Source: an uncultured Alphaproteobacteria bacterium (lineage in GTDB: Bacteria; Pseudomonadota; Alphaproteobacteria; SMXQ01). From it: a stretch of DNA of 64,000 nt. Within the stretch, counting starts at the first letter, position 1. Every line of letters starts with the position of its first letter. The translations under genes were made by a program, and so were the position numbers. The notes under the pieces were generated by a model that saw only the letters and a list, made by a program, of their open reading frames with translations, was not told where the DNA came from and searched no databases. The DNA is taken from assembly GCA_963752345.1 (NCBI GenBank), contig CAVVYA010000002.1:845451-909450 (forward strand), in the 5' to 3' direction. Of this stretch, positions 9,514 to 18,417 are shown piece by piece.

Positions 9514-10800
9514 TCATCCGCCGCTCTGGCAGTCGATGATGTCGGCTTCCGCGTTGCCCGGCTTGGTGGTGATCGTGCAGGTCAGGCCGGCGCGCAAATC
9601 CTCGCGCTTGGCTTCCTTGCCGTCGAGTTGGAGCTTGGTGCGCGAGGCCGAGATCTTTGTGCTGACCTCCTTGCCGCCGGCGCTGATGGCCAGCGCGCGG
9701 CCGCCCTCCTCCACTTTGGTCACCTTGCCGCTATGCTTCTCATCGGCGATCTTCACCGTCTGCCGCTGGCCGCGATAGTCGGTGAAGCTTTCCACCTTGG
9801 CCAGGATCTCCTTCGGCGCGGCGGCAACCTCGGCGATCATCTTGGCGATCTCCGGACCGCTGACCGGCGTCAGCTCCTTCTTCGTCCTCTCCATCTCGGC
9901 GACGAATGCGGGATCCCTCACCGCCGCGTCGAAGGCCGCCTGCAGTGCCGTGGCGCGTTCCGCCGGGATGTCAGGCGGCGCCAGGAACGGCCGGCCCATC
10001 GCCTTCTGCGCCAGCATGAGCTGCCAGATCGCGCGGTGCTCCGGATCCTTCACATAGTCCATGATCACCGGCACGTCCGGCAGATCGGGATGCTTGACAC
10101 CGGTGATCTGCACCAGGACCGAGATTTTGCGGTCGCGCACCCAGTCGGGCTTTTCCGTGGCCACCGATCCCCAGGACTGGCTCAGGCCTTCGATCTCGCC
10201 GCGCTCCATGGCGAGCGTGATGCCGGTTGTCGAGGGATAGCCGGAGATAATGCGAAACTTGGTGCCGATCGTGTTGTTGAGCAGCGCCGGATAGGTTTCG
10301 GTGTCGTTCGGGCCGCTTCCACCGAGCAGCGCTTCGGTTTGCATGGCGTCCTGCAAGGTCTTCACTTTGGAGGTGTGCCACAGGGTAATGACGCCGGTCT
10401 CATTGTTCAGGCTTCCGATCCAATTGAACTTGGTCGGATCGAAGGTCGGTCCCTGCTTGCCGAACAGCGGCAGGAACGGCACGCCGCGCTGGGTCATGCC
10501 GATAGCAGTGCCGTCCTTAGGCGCCACGCCGTAAACCCAGTTGGTCGCCAGCACGCCGCCGGCGCCCTGCATGTTCTGCACGACGATATGGGGCTGTCCC
10601 GGAATATGGCGGGCGTAGTGGGGCGCGAATGTGCGGGCATACACGTCGTAGCCGCCGCCCGGGTCCGAGGCGACCACCATGCGGATGGTCTTGCCCTTAT
10701 AGAACTCGGCCACCGATTGGGCCTGCACCTCCGAAACGCACAACGCAAAGCCGGAGGCAGCCATGACAGCCGCGACGCGTCGCTTACTGATGGGTTTCAT
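9514..10800 (-). CDS. Bug/TctC-family tripartite tricarboxylate transporter substrate-binding protein with about 90-aa C-terminal extension
   Basis: ATG 10800 preceded by GGGAGG. Signal peptide, then FYKGKTIRMVV...PGGGYD...VVQNMQGAGG...ISGYPS...AMERGEIEG Bug signature. Extra C-terminal domain ends LTCTITT...IIDCQ. Confidence 0.9.
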   Translation of the reverse strand: MKPISKRRVAAVMAASGFALCVSEVQAQSVAEFYKGKTIRMVVASDPGGGYDVYARTFAPHYARHIPGQPHIVVQNMQGAGGVLATNWVYGVAPKDGTAIGMTQRGVPFLPLFGKQGPTFDPTKFNWIGSLNNETGVITLWHTSKVKTLQDAMQTEALLGGSGPNDTETYPALLNNTIGTKFRIISGYPSTTGITLAMERGEIEGLSQSWGSVATEKPDWVRDRKISVLVQITGVKHPDLPDVPVIMDYVKDPEHRAIWQLMLAQKAMGRPFLAPPDIPAERATALQAAFDAAVRDPAFVAEMERTKKELTPVSGPEIAKMIAEVAAAPKEILAKVESFTDYRGQRQTVKIADEKHSGKVTKVEEGGRALAISAGGKEVSTKISASRTKLQLDGKEAKREDLRAGLTCTITTKPGNAEADIIDCQSGG

Positions 10801-11092
10801 AGAAGACCTCCCAGTCATTCCGAGGGGCCCGGTTCATGCCGTGGCTCTTGATGGGATCAGGCTAGCATGTTGCGCTTAACGTGCCAAATTCATGGTCGGT
10901 GCAGGCGGCGGCGGGGCCAGTTGCGGCGCGTCCGGTTTTGCCTACAATGAAGGAATTATAGGGACTTGCCCGCGAACAGGGCGTGCCCTGTCCAGGGCGG
11001 AGCGCGCCTCGGCGACGGTGGTCAGCCCATCGTCGGGCCGGTCTGCAGGCGAGCGAAGGAACGCTACTCACATCTGACCGGGTGAAGGCTCT

Positions 11093-11680
11093 ATGTCCGA
11101 AGAACACGTTCACAGTCACGGCGAGCAAGACGGCGGCCTCGGCCACAACCAGCCGAAGGAAAAGGTGTGGGACCGCTGGGACCGCAAGCGGGTTTTCGTG
11201 CGCGCGCTCGAAGGCACCTACGGCGAGGTCTACAAGAGCCTGTTCGAGCAGCCGCGCGTCTATCACGCCAAGGATTGGGGTTGGCACGGCGGCCCGCAGT
11301 TCTGGGACAAGGCGGTGATCAATCCGCAGTCGGTCAATATCGCGCAATCCATCGAATGCCACCTCGACGTCTACGCGCCGCACGGCGTCGGCCAGAAGCA
11401 TGGCCATATGAATTCGGCGGCCTTCTACATCCTGACCGGCAAAGGCCACGACATCCACGACGGCGTTCATTACACCTATGAGGCGGGCGACAGCATCGTC
11501 GTGGAGAACGGCTGCGTGCACCAGCACATCAACGACGGCGACCAGCAGATGATCGTCCTGGTGATGAAGGCCAAGCCGCTCTTCCTGTTCATGCACATGC
11601 TGTTTCAGAAGATGGTCGAATATCCCGCCAAGACCGTGCCGGATGGCGCCGAGAATTTCGCACCGCCGACGCACATCTAG
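11093..11680 (+). CDS. Cupin domain protein
   Basis: 195 aa. HGHMNSAAFYILTGKGHD...GDSIVVENGCVHQH is a cupin metal-site pattern. Confidence 0.7.
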   Translation: MSEEHVHSHGEQDGGLGHNQPKEKVWDRWDRKRVFVRALEGTYGEVYKSLFEQPRVYHAKDWGWHGGPQFWDKAVINPQSVNIAQSIECHLDVYAPHGVGQKHGHMNSAAFYILTGKGHDIHDGVHYTYEAGDSIVVENGCVHQHINDGDQQMIVLVMKAKPLFLFMHMLFQKMVEYPAKTVPDGAENFAPPTHI

Positions 11681-11735
11681 CGATCCGCATATGCGTGCTT
11701 GCGGCGTGCATCCTCATAGCCTGACGCACGGCGAT

Positions 11736-11770
11736 AAAAAAAGCCCCGCGGATCGCCGCGGGGCTTTTTT
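11736..11770. terminator. Bidirectional rho-independent terminator
   Basis: A7 - gccccgcgg (11743-11751) - atcg - ccgcggggc (11756-11764) - T6. Lies between convergent genes. Confidence 0.75.
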
Positions 11771-11788
11771 CAGCGCAGATTGCGAACG

Positions 11789-12379
11789 TCAGGCCGCCGG
11801 TTTGACCTCCATCCCCTTCTTCACCGCAGGCCGTGCGCCGACGCGCTCGAGCCATTTGGTGACGTTGGGATAATCCGAGACCTTGACCGTGTCGTGCTTG
11901 ATGGCGCCGATGCGGGTGTAAGGAATGATGTCCGCGATCGAGTAGCTGCCGGCGAAATACTCGTTGCTGGCGAGATGCGCATCCATCGTCTCCAACTGCC
12001 TGAGCGAACCGCTTTCGATCGCGGGATCGTTGATGCGGCCGAGGCCGCCGGTGGTCCACAGCACATTGGTGGCGTGGAACATCGACCATTTCAGCACGTC
12101 GGGATGCTCAGCCGGCGAGCCGAGAAACTTGCCGCTTTTCTCGGCCAGGTAGAAGCAGATGGCGACCGATTCGAAGATCGTCGCCGGCTTGCCGCCGGGC
12201 CCCTCGCTGTCGGTCATCGACGGGATCTTGCGATAGGGATTGATCTTGGCGTATTCCGGCGTCTTCTGGTCGCCCTTCTGGATGTTGATCCAGTGCAGGT
12301 TGTAGGGCAGCCCCGCCTCTTCGGCCATGATGATGGCGCGGCGGCCGTTGGTCGTCGTCCAGGTGTAGAGGTCGATCAT
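11789..12379 (-). CDS. Glutathione S-transferase
   Basis: 196 aa. N-terminal thioredoxin-like part (INPYRKIPS...ESVAICFYLAEK) and helical C-terminal domain typical of GSTs. Confidence 0.85.
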   Translation of the reverse strand: MIDLYTWTTTNGRRAIIMAEEAGLPYNLHWINIQKGDQKTPEYAKINPYRKIPSMTDSEGPGGKPATIFESVAICFYLAEKSGKFLGSPAEHPDVLKWSMFHATNVLWTTGGLGRINDPAIESGSLRQLETMDAHLASNEYFAGSYSIADIIPYTRIGAIKHDTVKVSDYPNVTKWLERVGARPAVKKGMEVKPAA

Positions 12380-12421
12380 TGATTGTCTTTCCTTGTTGAT
12401 TCTTGGCGCGCAGGTCCGTGA

Positions 12422-13262
12422 TCAGGCCGGGCGCTTTCCCTTGATGCTGATGCGCCGCAGCATGCGCCGCGTGTTGGGGCTGAAATCCGTGCGCGCGTGG
12501 AGCGTGCAGCGATTATCCCACATCACGAGCTCGCCGACCGACCATTTATGGCTGTAGATGAATTCCGGCTTCTCGGCCTGCTGGAACAGGTATTCGAGAA
12601 GCTCGTCGCTCTCCTTGCGCTCCATGCCGACGATATGGTCGGTCATCAGGCGGTTGACATAGAGACCCTTGCGGCCGGTCTCGTCATGGGTGCGCACGAC
12701 GGGATGCGACGAACTTCGGCGCATCGGGCGCGATCTCCTTGGCCTTGATCGTCGGGTTGGAGCCGTAGTCATAGACGTTGAGCGCCTGGAGCCCGTCGAT
12801 GCGCGTCTTCACCTCGGCCGGCAGCGAATCGTAGACCGCGGTCGCGCTCGAGAACAGCGTATCGCCGCCGGTCGGCGGCACCTCGATGCTGTAGAGCAGC
12901 GTCGCCTTGCCGGGCAGCTCGTAATAGCACTGGTCGGAATGGAACTGCATTTCGCCGTCCGGCAGCGCGCCCTTGTTGCCGTCGGGACCAATGACGTTGC
13001 TGACCATCAGGAAATAGGGGCTGGAATTGAGGCCGGGCGTGGTGCGCACTTCCTGCAGCTCGCCGAAGCGCCGGCCGAACGCGATCTGCTGGTCGCCGTC
13101 GAGCTTCTGGTTGCGGAACACCAGCACCTGATGCTTCAGCCAGGCATCGTGGATTGCCTTGAATGTCGCCGCGTCGAGCGGCTGGCTGATGTCGACGCCG
13201 GTAATCTCGGCGCCGATCTTGGGAGTCAGGGGTTTCACGCCAATGGTCATGGTATCGGTCAT
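12422..13262 (-). pseudogene. TauD/TfdA-family Fe(II)/2-oxoglutarate dioxygenase, one frameshift
   Basis: N-terminal part (12684-13265 ORF: FHSDQCYYE, H-x-D) and C-terminal part (12422-12772 ORF: HPVVRTHDETG...WDNRCTLHAR) are in different frames. The switch is near 12701-12712. Confidence 0.8.
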
Positions 13263-13362
13263 CACTACGCCTCTTGCATACGAATTCGACGGCCAACGCG
13301 TTCGGGCGGCACTCTAATCCGGCGCCGCGCAATTTCAAACAGCGACGCACGACGACAAGGCG

Positions 13363-15304
13363 CTAAGCGGTAGCCCGCGTCTTGCGCGATTCCATATGGG
13401 CCAAACCCCAGAGCAGGCCGCACAGCGCCGTCGCGGCCGCCACCGCCGGATATTGCACCACGGGATCCGGAGTTGATGATAAGCGCGGCCAGCCCGGCCA
13501 TGATCAGACGCAGCCACCACGGCACACGGCGCTGCAGCACCCAGCCGTGCACGGCGATGATGGCGGCCAGCATCATGACGATGGCGAACAGGCAGTCGGT
13601 GACGATCTGGAACGCGTCGCCCTCCATCAGCAGGCCGGGATTGAACACGAAATAGAACGGCAGAATGAAGCCGCCGATCGCCAGCTTGGTGGTCAGCGGC
13701 GCGATCTTGTTGGGATTGACGCCGGCAATGGCGGCCGCCGTGAAGCAGGCCACGGCGATGGGCGGCGAAACCGCCGACATGCAGGCATAGAACAGCATGA
13801 ACATATGGACGCCGAGCACCGGCATGCCGAACTTGACGACGAAGATCGGGGCGATCAGCGCCACACCCATGATGTAGACGCCGGTGGTCGGCGCGCCGGC
13901 GCCGATCAGCACCAGAATGATGGCGGCGAGGATCAGCGACAGGACCACGTCGCCGCCCGACAGGCCGAACAGCAGCACGGTGAACTTGCCGGACAGGCCG
14001 GTCAGTTCGATGCAGCCGATCATCAGGCCGGCAGCGGCGACCGCCGCGGCGAGCGGCACGATATTCACGCAGGTGTCGACGCAGGCGGCGATGAACCGCC
14101 TCGGTCCGATGGCATGGGTTCTGGAGAACCAGCTCGACAACGATCACGGAAAGAGCGGAGCCGGCGCCGATATAGGCCGGCGAGTAGCCCTTGATCAGCA
14201 GATAGATGAGCACCGCCCAGGGAATCAAATTGAACCAGCCGCGGCGCAGCGCCACCTCGACGCCGATGATGCGATCCTCGGGCAGCCGGCCGACTTTGAA
14301 CCGCACGGCGTCGAAATGCACCAGGAAATAGATGCCGACGTAATAGAGAATCGCCGACGGGCAGAACCGCGAGCGTGATCGCGCTGTAGGAGATTCCGGT
14401 AAATCCGCCATGAGAAATGCGACGGCGCCCATCACCGGCGGCAGCATGGCGCCGCCCGTCGATGCCGCCGCCTCGATAGCGGCGGCGCGTTCGGCCGGGA
14501 TGCCGATGCTCTTCATGATCGGGATGTTGACCGGGCCGGTGGTGGCGACGTCGGCCACCGGGCTGCCCGACACGGAGCCATAGAGCGCGCTCGAGAAGAC
14601 ACAGGCCTTGGCCGGACCGCCGACCATGCGGCCGGTGACCGCGGCCGCCAGATCGAACAGCAATTGGCCGCCGCCGGCGATGCTGTAGAGGCTGCCGAAG
14701 AACACGAACAGGAAGGCGTAGCTGGCGGCGACATAGAGCGCGCCGCCAAAAATTCCGTCGGTGCCCACCGTCTGCATGTCGAGGAAATACTGCAGCGAGA
14801 TCGGGTCATGGTGAGAAGCTGCCGGAGATCAGCGGGCCCCATACGACATGCAGCAGGAGGAAAATCACGATCGAGGTCAGGCCCCAGCCGGTGGCGCGCC
14901 GGCATAGCTCGATCACGAGGGCGATGACCACAATCGCCCGCCGCCACGTCGTAGGCGTCCAGCTCGGAGAATCCGCGCATCCAATTCTGATACTTCTGCT
15001 CGTTGAGCGCGTACCAGGCTCCGGTAACGAACGAGACGAACGCCAGCAGGTAATCGAGCCAGGTCAGCCGTTGAAAGCTCTTGGAGATGGTGGTGGTGAG
15101 AAAGCCGATCGGAAAGATCAAGGCCAGGAAGTACGAGACCTGCTTGTGCTCGCTGACCGGCATGTAGAGCGCGTACCAGGCGATCACCAGGGTCATCAGA
15201 ACCGAGAGGGCCGCGATGAACTTGCCGAGCCGTCCAGCGTGATGGAGCCGCACGCCCTCGCCCGTGACGGCGAGGCCTTTGCCGAGGGTGGACAGCAGCG
15301 ACAT
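13363..15304 (-). pseudogene. TRAP transporter fused 4TM/12TM permease (TAXI-associated type), at least 6 frame changes
   Basis: A continuous permease sequence can be followed only by switching frames near 14931-14945, 14805-14815, 14350-14405 (compensating pair), 14130-14140 and 13470-13485. Ends ...LLWGLAHMESRKTRATA, stop at 13363. Confidence 0.8.
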
Positions 15305-15407
15305 CAAGGACTCCTGACTGCGGTGGTCGCAAGGCGCACGCGCCGGACGGCGACGAAGCCGCCGGCGCGTGACGTAGTTACGTGGTCCCATCGCAGCGCG
15401 CGGACGA

Positions 15408-16430
15408 TTACTTCAACAGGCCCTTTTCCCGGTAGAACCGTACCGCGCCGGGATGGAACGGCAGATCCATCGGATTCTTGATCATCTCCGGGCCGGAGAA
15501 TTCAGCGAGCGACGGATGCAGGCTCTGCACGCGCTTCTGACCCTCGTAGACCGCCTTGACGAACTTGTACACGGTCTCCTCGGAAACGTGCGGGCCGGTG
15601 TTGATGGTGTTCCACAGCTTGAGCGTGGTGGTGTCCCGGTTGAGGAAGCTGTAGAGGCTCTTGTCCACCGTCATCGTCTCATAGGCCCATTCGTCGGCCG
15701 CCTTCTTCATCTTCGCCGGGTCGCCTTCGATCCACAGCATCGGGCGGCCGCGCGCCAGCTCGGCCGTGGCCGAATCGGGCAGCATGCGGCCGTTGATGAA
15801 CACGTCCGCCTTGCCGTCGCGCATCGCGTCGAGCCCGATGCCGCTGTTGCCGCGCACGAAGCTGCCGCCCCATTTCTGGATGTCGGCTTCCTCGAAGCCA
15901 TGCGCCTTGAAGATGGCGATGTGCATGCCGAGCGTCGACTGCAGGTTCGCCAGATCGTTCACGGCGAGCCGCATCGGCGGTTTCTTGGCGGCGATGTCGT
16001 CGAAGCTCTTGATGCCGTAGCGGTCCGACCATTCCTTGGTCATCATGCTGTGCACGATGAGATGCCGGTGCAGCAGCATGACATGCAGGATCTTGCCCTT
16101 CAGCGGTTCCTTGAACGGCGCCTTGCCTTCCATGCCGTAGGCGATTTCCGGGGCGCCCGAGGTGAAGGTGAATTCCGCCTTGCCGGTCGCGACTTCCAGA
16201 ATGCCGCCGGCGGGCGAGCCCGGGCGGAAGGTCGCGGCGCTGTCGGGATAGGCGTCGCGCACGATGCCGTTGATGGCCTCGACCACGACCTTGAAGTAGC
16301 CTTGGATGGACGCGCCGGTGACCGTGTATTTGATCGGCTTGTTGTCGTTGAGATCGGCGAGCACGGGGCCCGTCATCGCCATCGCGAGCAGCGTCGCCGC
16401 TGCAAAAATACGTGCCGAACGAAGCGTCAT
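15408..16430 (-). CDS. TAXI-family TRAP transporter solute receptor
   Basis: GGGAGG SD before ATG 16430. Signal peptide ...GPVLA. Body matches the TAXI/NMT1-like pattern and ends PFHPGAVRFYREKGLLK, a typical TAXI C-terminus. Confidence 0.9.
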   Translation of the reverse strand: MTLRSARIFAAATLLAMAMTGPVLADLNDNKPIKYTVTGASIQGYFKVVVEAINGIVRDAYPDSAATFRPGSPAGGILEVATGKAEFTFTSGAPEIAYGMEGKAPFKEPLKGKILHVMLLHRHLIVHSMMTKEWSDRYGIKSFDDIAAKKPPMRLAVNDLANLQSTLGMHIAIFKAHGFEEADIQKWGGSFVRGNSGIGLDAMRDGKADVFINGRMLPDSATAELARGRPMLWIEGDPAKMKKAADEWAYETMTVDKSLYSFLNRDTTTLKLWNTINTGPHVSEETVYKFVKAVYEGQKRVQSLHPSLAEFSGPEMIKNPMDLPFHPGAVRFYREKGLLK

Positions 16431-16606
16431 CACGTTCCTCCCTGCCCTGCCTGTTGCTCGCGGTCCAGCCGCTGGAGTCTTCTAGAGCACGGGCACTGTA
16501 GGAAGTGCCTCCCGGTGAGTCAACTCGCCCGGACGCGAACTGCAGGAAAGAGATTGTTCCGAAATTCGCAAGCGCAGACGGGCGCGCTCACGGGCCGCGC
16601 GGAGGG

Positions 16607-17002
16607 TCAGGGCTGGATATGAAGCGTGACCCGGTCGCCATCGGCGAGCGCCAAATGGCTTCTGAGATTTACCGCGGCGACGATTTCGACCTGATCGGGT
16701 GGATAATCGGCGACCAGCGGCAACACGATGACGCCCTTGGCCTGGGTATGGCCGAATTCCATCCGAACCGAAAAGCACTTCGCATCGCACCAGGCCGGAT
16801 CGGGCGCGGCGAAGGTGCGGCCGTGCGCAGCCACCTCGTGCCACGCGGACAGGGAGGTCTTGCTGACCTTGATGTTGAGAGTGCCCGGGTAGGCATCGAT
16901 GCCGTATTCGTCCTCGAAAATCTTCATGGCCCAGTCGGTACTCGTGAAACTCGCCCCCACGCCCTTGCCGCTGACGACTTCCCCTGAAATGCGAACGGTC
17001 AT
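16607..17002 (-). CDS. DUF120 / archaeal-type CTP-dependent riboflavin kinase family protein
   Basis: ISGEVVSGKGVGASFTS...YPGTLNIKV and GVIVLP...QVEIVAAVNLR..L.L.DGDRVTL align by eye with M. jannaschii RibK (IEGEVVSGLGEGRYF...YEGTLNLKL...AIVVP...IIEIIAP). ATGA overlap with the upstream gene. Confidence 0.8.
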   Translation of the reverse strand: MTVRISGEVVSGKGVGASFTSTDWAMKIFEDEYGIDAYPGTLNIKVSKTSLSAWHEVAAHGRTFAAPDPAWCDAKCFSVRMEFGHTQAKGVIVLPLVADYPPDQVEIVAAVNLRSHLALADGDRVTLHIQP

Positions 17003-17895
17003 GCGGCAACCCCTGCGTCATTGAAGGCACGCCGCGCCGCGGCATGAAGCGCCACGCCGCCCGGTTGCAGCACCGAAACGCCTTTCGCCCGCGCCGCCGC
17101 GATGATCGCCGGCAGACTGTCATAGAGCGGGTTGCGATCGGCGAGCGCCTGGGCGTCGGTGGCGAACAGCCGCGCCACGGCATAGACCCGCTCGTCGCTC
17201 ACCCGCGTGCTGCTGACCAGCACATTCTGCACCCCGAATGTTTCCACATCGCGATCATGGCCCTCGAAGGTGCCGGCCCGCATCGTCGCGCGACCGTAGA
17301 CCGGCGTCTTGGCCAGGATGGCATCGAGTTCTTCGCGCGCGAACGGCACGACCTTGACCGCGACGCGCTTGAGCAGATCGGTGAAGTGGGTATTCGGCAG
17401 CGGCGGCTGGAATTGCGCGTCGACCGTGCCCTGCGCCAGCGCCGTGCCGCCATCGGCCTGATTGAGGAAGGCCGGCTCGATGTCACCGAGCTGCCAGCCG
17501 AGCGCCTCGAAGATGGTCGCGATGTGTCGTGCCATGCCGCTGTCCTTGTAGCCGATGGCGACACGACGGCCGCGCAGATCGCTGAACGTGCGGATCGCCG
17601 AGGATTTCTGCACGACGAAGAACATCGGCCCGGTGTTGACCGGCGAAACCATGGCGAGATCGATCGGCGCCTTGAACGGCTCGTGGCCGGCGACCGCGAG
17701 CGGCGCCCAGTTGGCGGCCATGAATCCGAACTGCGCCGCGCCCGTCCCGATCAGCTCGGCGTTGGCGACGCTGCCGGTCGAGGTGGTGACCCTCAGCTCC
17801 TCGCCATAGCCCCGCTCCCGCAGCAGGTCGGCAAGCGCCAGGCCTTGGGTGTGAAAGGTATTGCCCTGTTCGGCGGTCGCGATGACGAGGGTCAC
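16999..17895 (-). CDS. TAXI/NMT1-like solute-binding-fold protein without signal peptide
   Basis: GTG start. The sequence begins directly with the mature-domain pattern LVIATAEQGNTFHTQG...TGSVANAELIGTG.AQFGF and ends LQPGGVALHAAARRAF. No hydrophobic leader. Confidence 0.75.
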   Translation of the reverse strand: MTLVIATAEQGNTFHTQGLALADLLRERGYGEELRVTTSTGSVANAELIGTGAAQFGFMAANWAPLAVAGHEPFKAPIDLAMVSPVNTGPMFFVVQKSSAIRTFSDLRGRRVAIGYKDSGMARHIATIFEALGWQLGDIEPAFLNQADGGTALAQGTVDAQFQPPLPNTHFTDLLKRVAVKVVPFAREELDAILAKTPVYGRATMRAGTFEGHDRDVETFGVQNVLVSSTRVSDERVYAVARLFATDAQALADRNPLYDSLPAIIAAARAKGVSVLQPGGVALHAAARRAFNDAGVAA

Positions 17896-17910
17896 GACGT
17901 GTGATGTCCT

Positions 17911-18333
17911 TTAATGCACGGTGGGTTGAGGCGACGGCGAGGACGGCATGTCCTTGGGCGTATGGGATGTCTGACCGGACTGATGCAGCACCATCTTCCA
18001 GGCGCCGCGTTCGCGCACGAACAGATTGGCCGCGACCAGATGCATGGCGCCGATTGATTCCCAGCAGATCACCAGGGCCATGTTGCCGTACAATTGAAGC
18101 TGCGGCTGCACGGCGACGATCGGCGGCCGCGGCGGATTGGCCAGGATGCCCTCCCAGCTCTGCATGATCTTGACGCGGTCCCGCAACGGCGGCCAACCCG
18201 GATGGATACAGGCCACCGGGCTTTCACGCGCCCACACGGAATCCATGGCCGTTAAATCGCCACGTGCGAAGGCCGCGTAAAAGGCTTCGTTCGCCTTCAG
18301 CGCCGCATCCTCATCGCTCACGTCTGCTGGCAA
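17911..18333 (-). CDS. NTF2/SnoaL-like (DUF4440-type) protein
   Basis: 140 aa. ANEAFYAAFARGDLTAMDSVWA...ACIHPGW is typical of SnoaL-like/NTF2 folds. Stop lies 15 nt before the next gene start. TTG start is uncertain. Confidence 0.65.
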   Translation of the reverse strand: MPADVSDEDAALKANEAFYAAFARGDLTAMDSVWARESPVACIHPGWPPLRDRVKIMQSWEGILANPPRPPIVAVQPQLQLYGNMALVICWESIGAMHLVAANLFVRERGAWKMVLHQSGQTSHTPKDMPSSPSPQPTVH

Positions 18334-18417
18334 ATCGGCTCGTCCTCACCGGCGGACGGCACCGACCCGGCGCCACCCCATTGACGGGCACAGGTTAGCA
18401 CTGGGACGGCGCGGTTC

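Noticed and set aside
9628-10851. 407-aa plus-strand ORF, plus similar long antisense ORFs (1028-1936, 1846-2775, 4387-5511, 8353-9240, 15453-16622, 20831-21631, 25655-26398, 29178-29987, 32869-33801, 42389-43483)
   Set aside because: All lie opposite genes with clear family signatures. They have Arg/Gly/His-rich composition and lack SD sequences, so they are shadow ORFs.
16434-16606. FMN (RFN) riboswitch near the riboflavin-kinase-like gene
   Set aside because: No RFN core sequence was recognisable. The spacer lies downstream of the DUF120 gene and is more likely the promoter or leader of the TAXI receptor gene.
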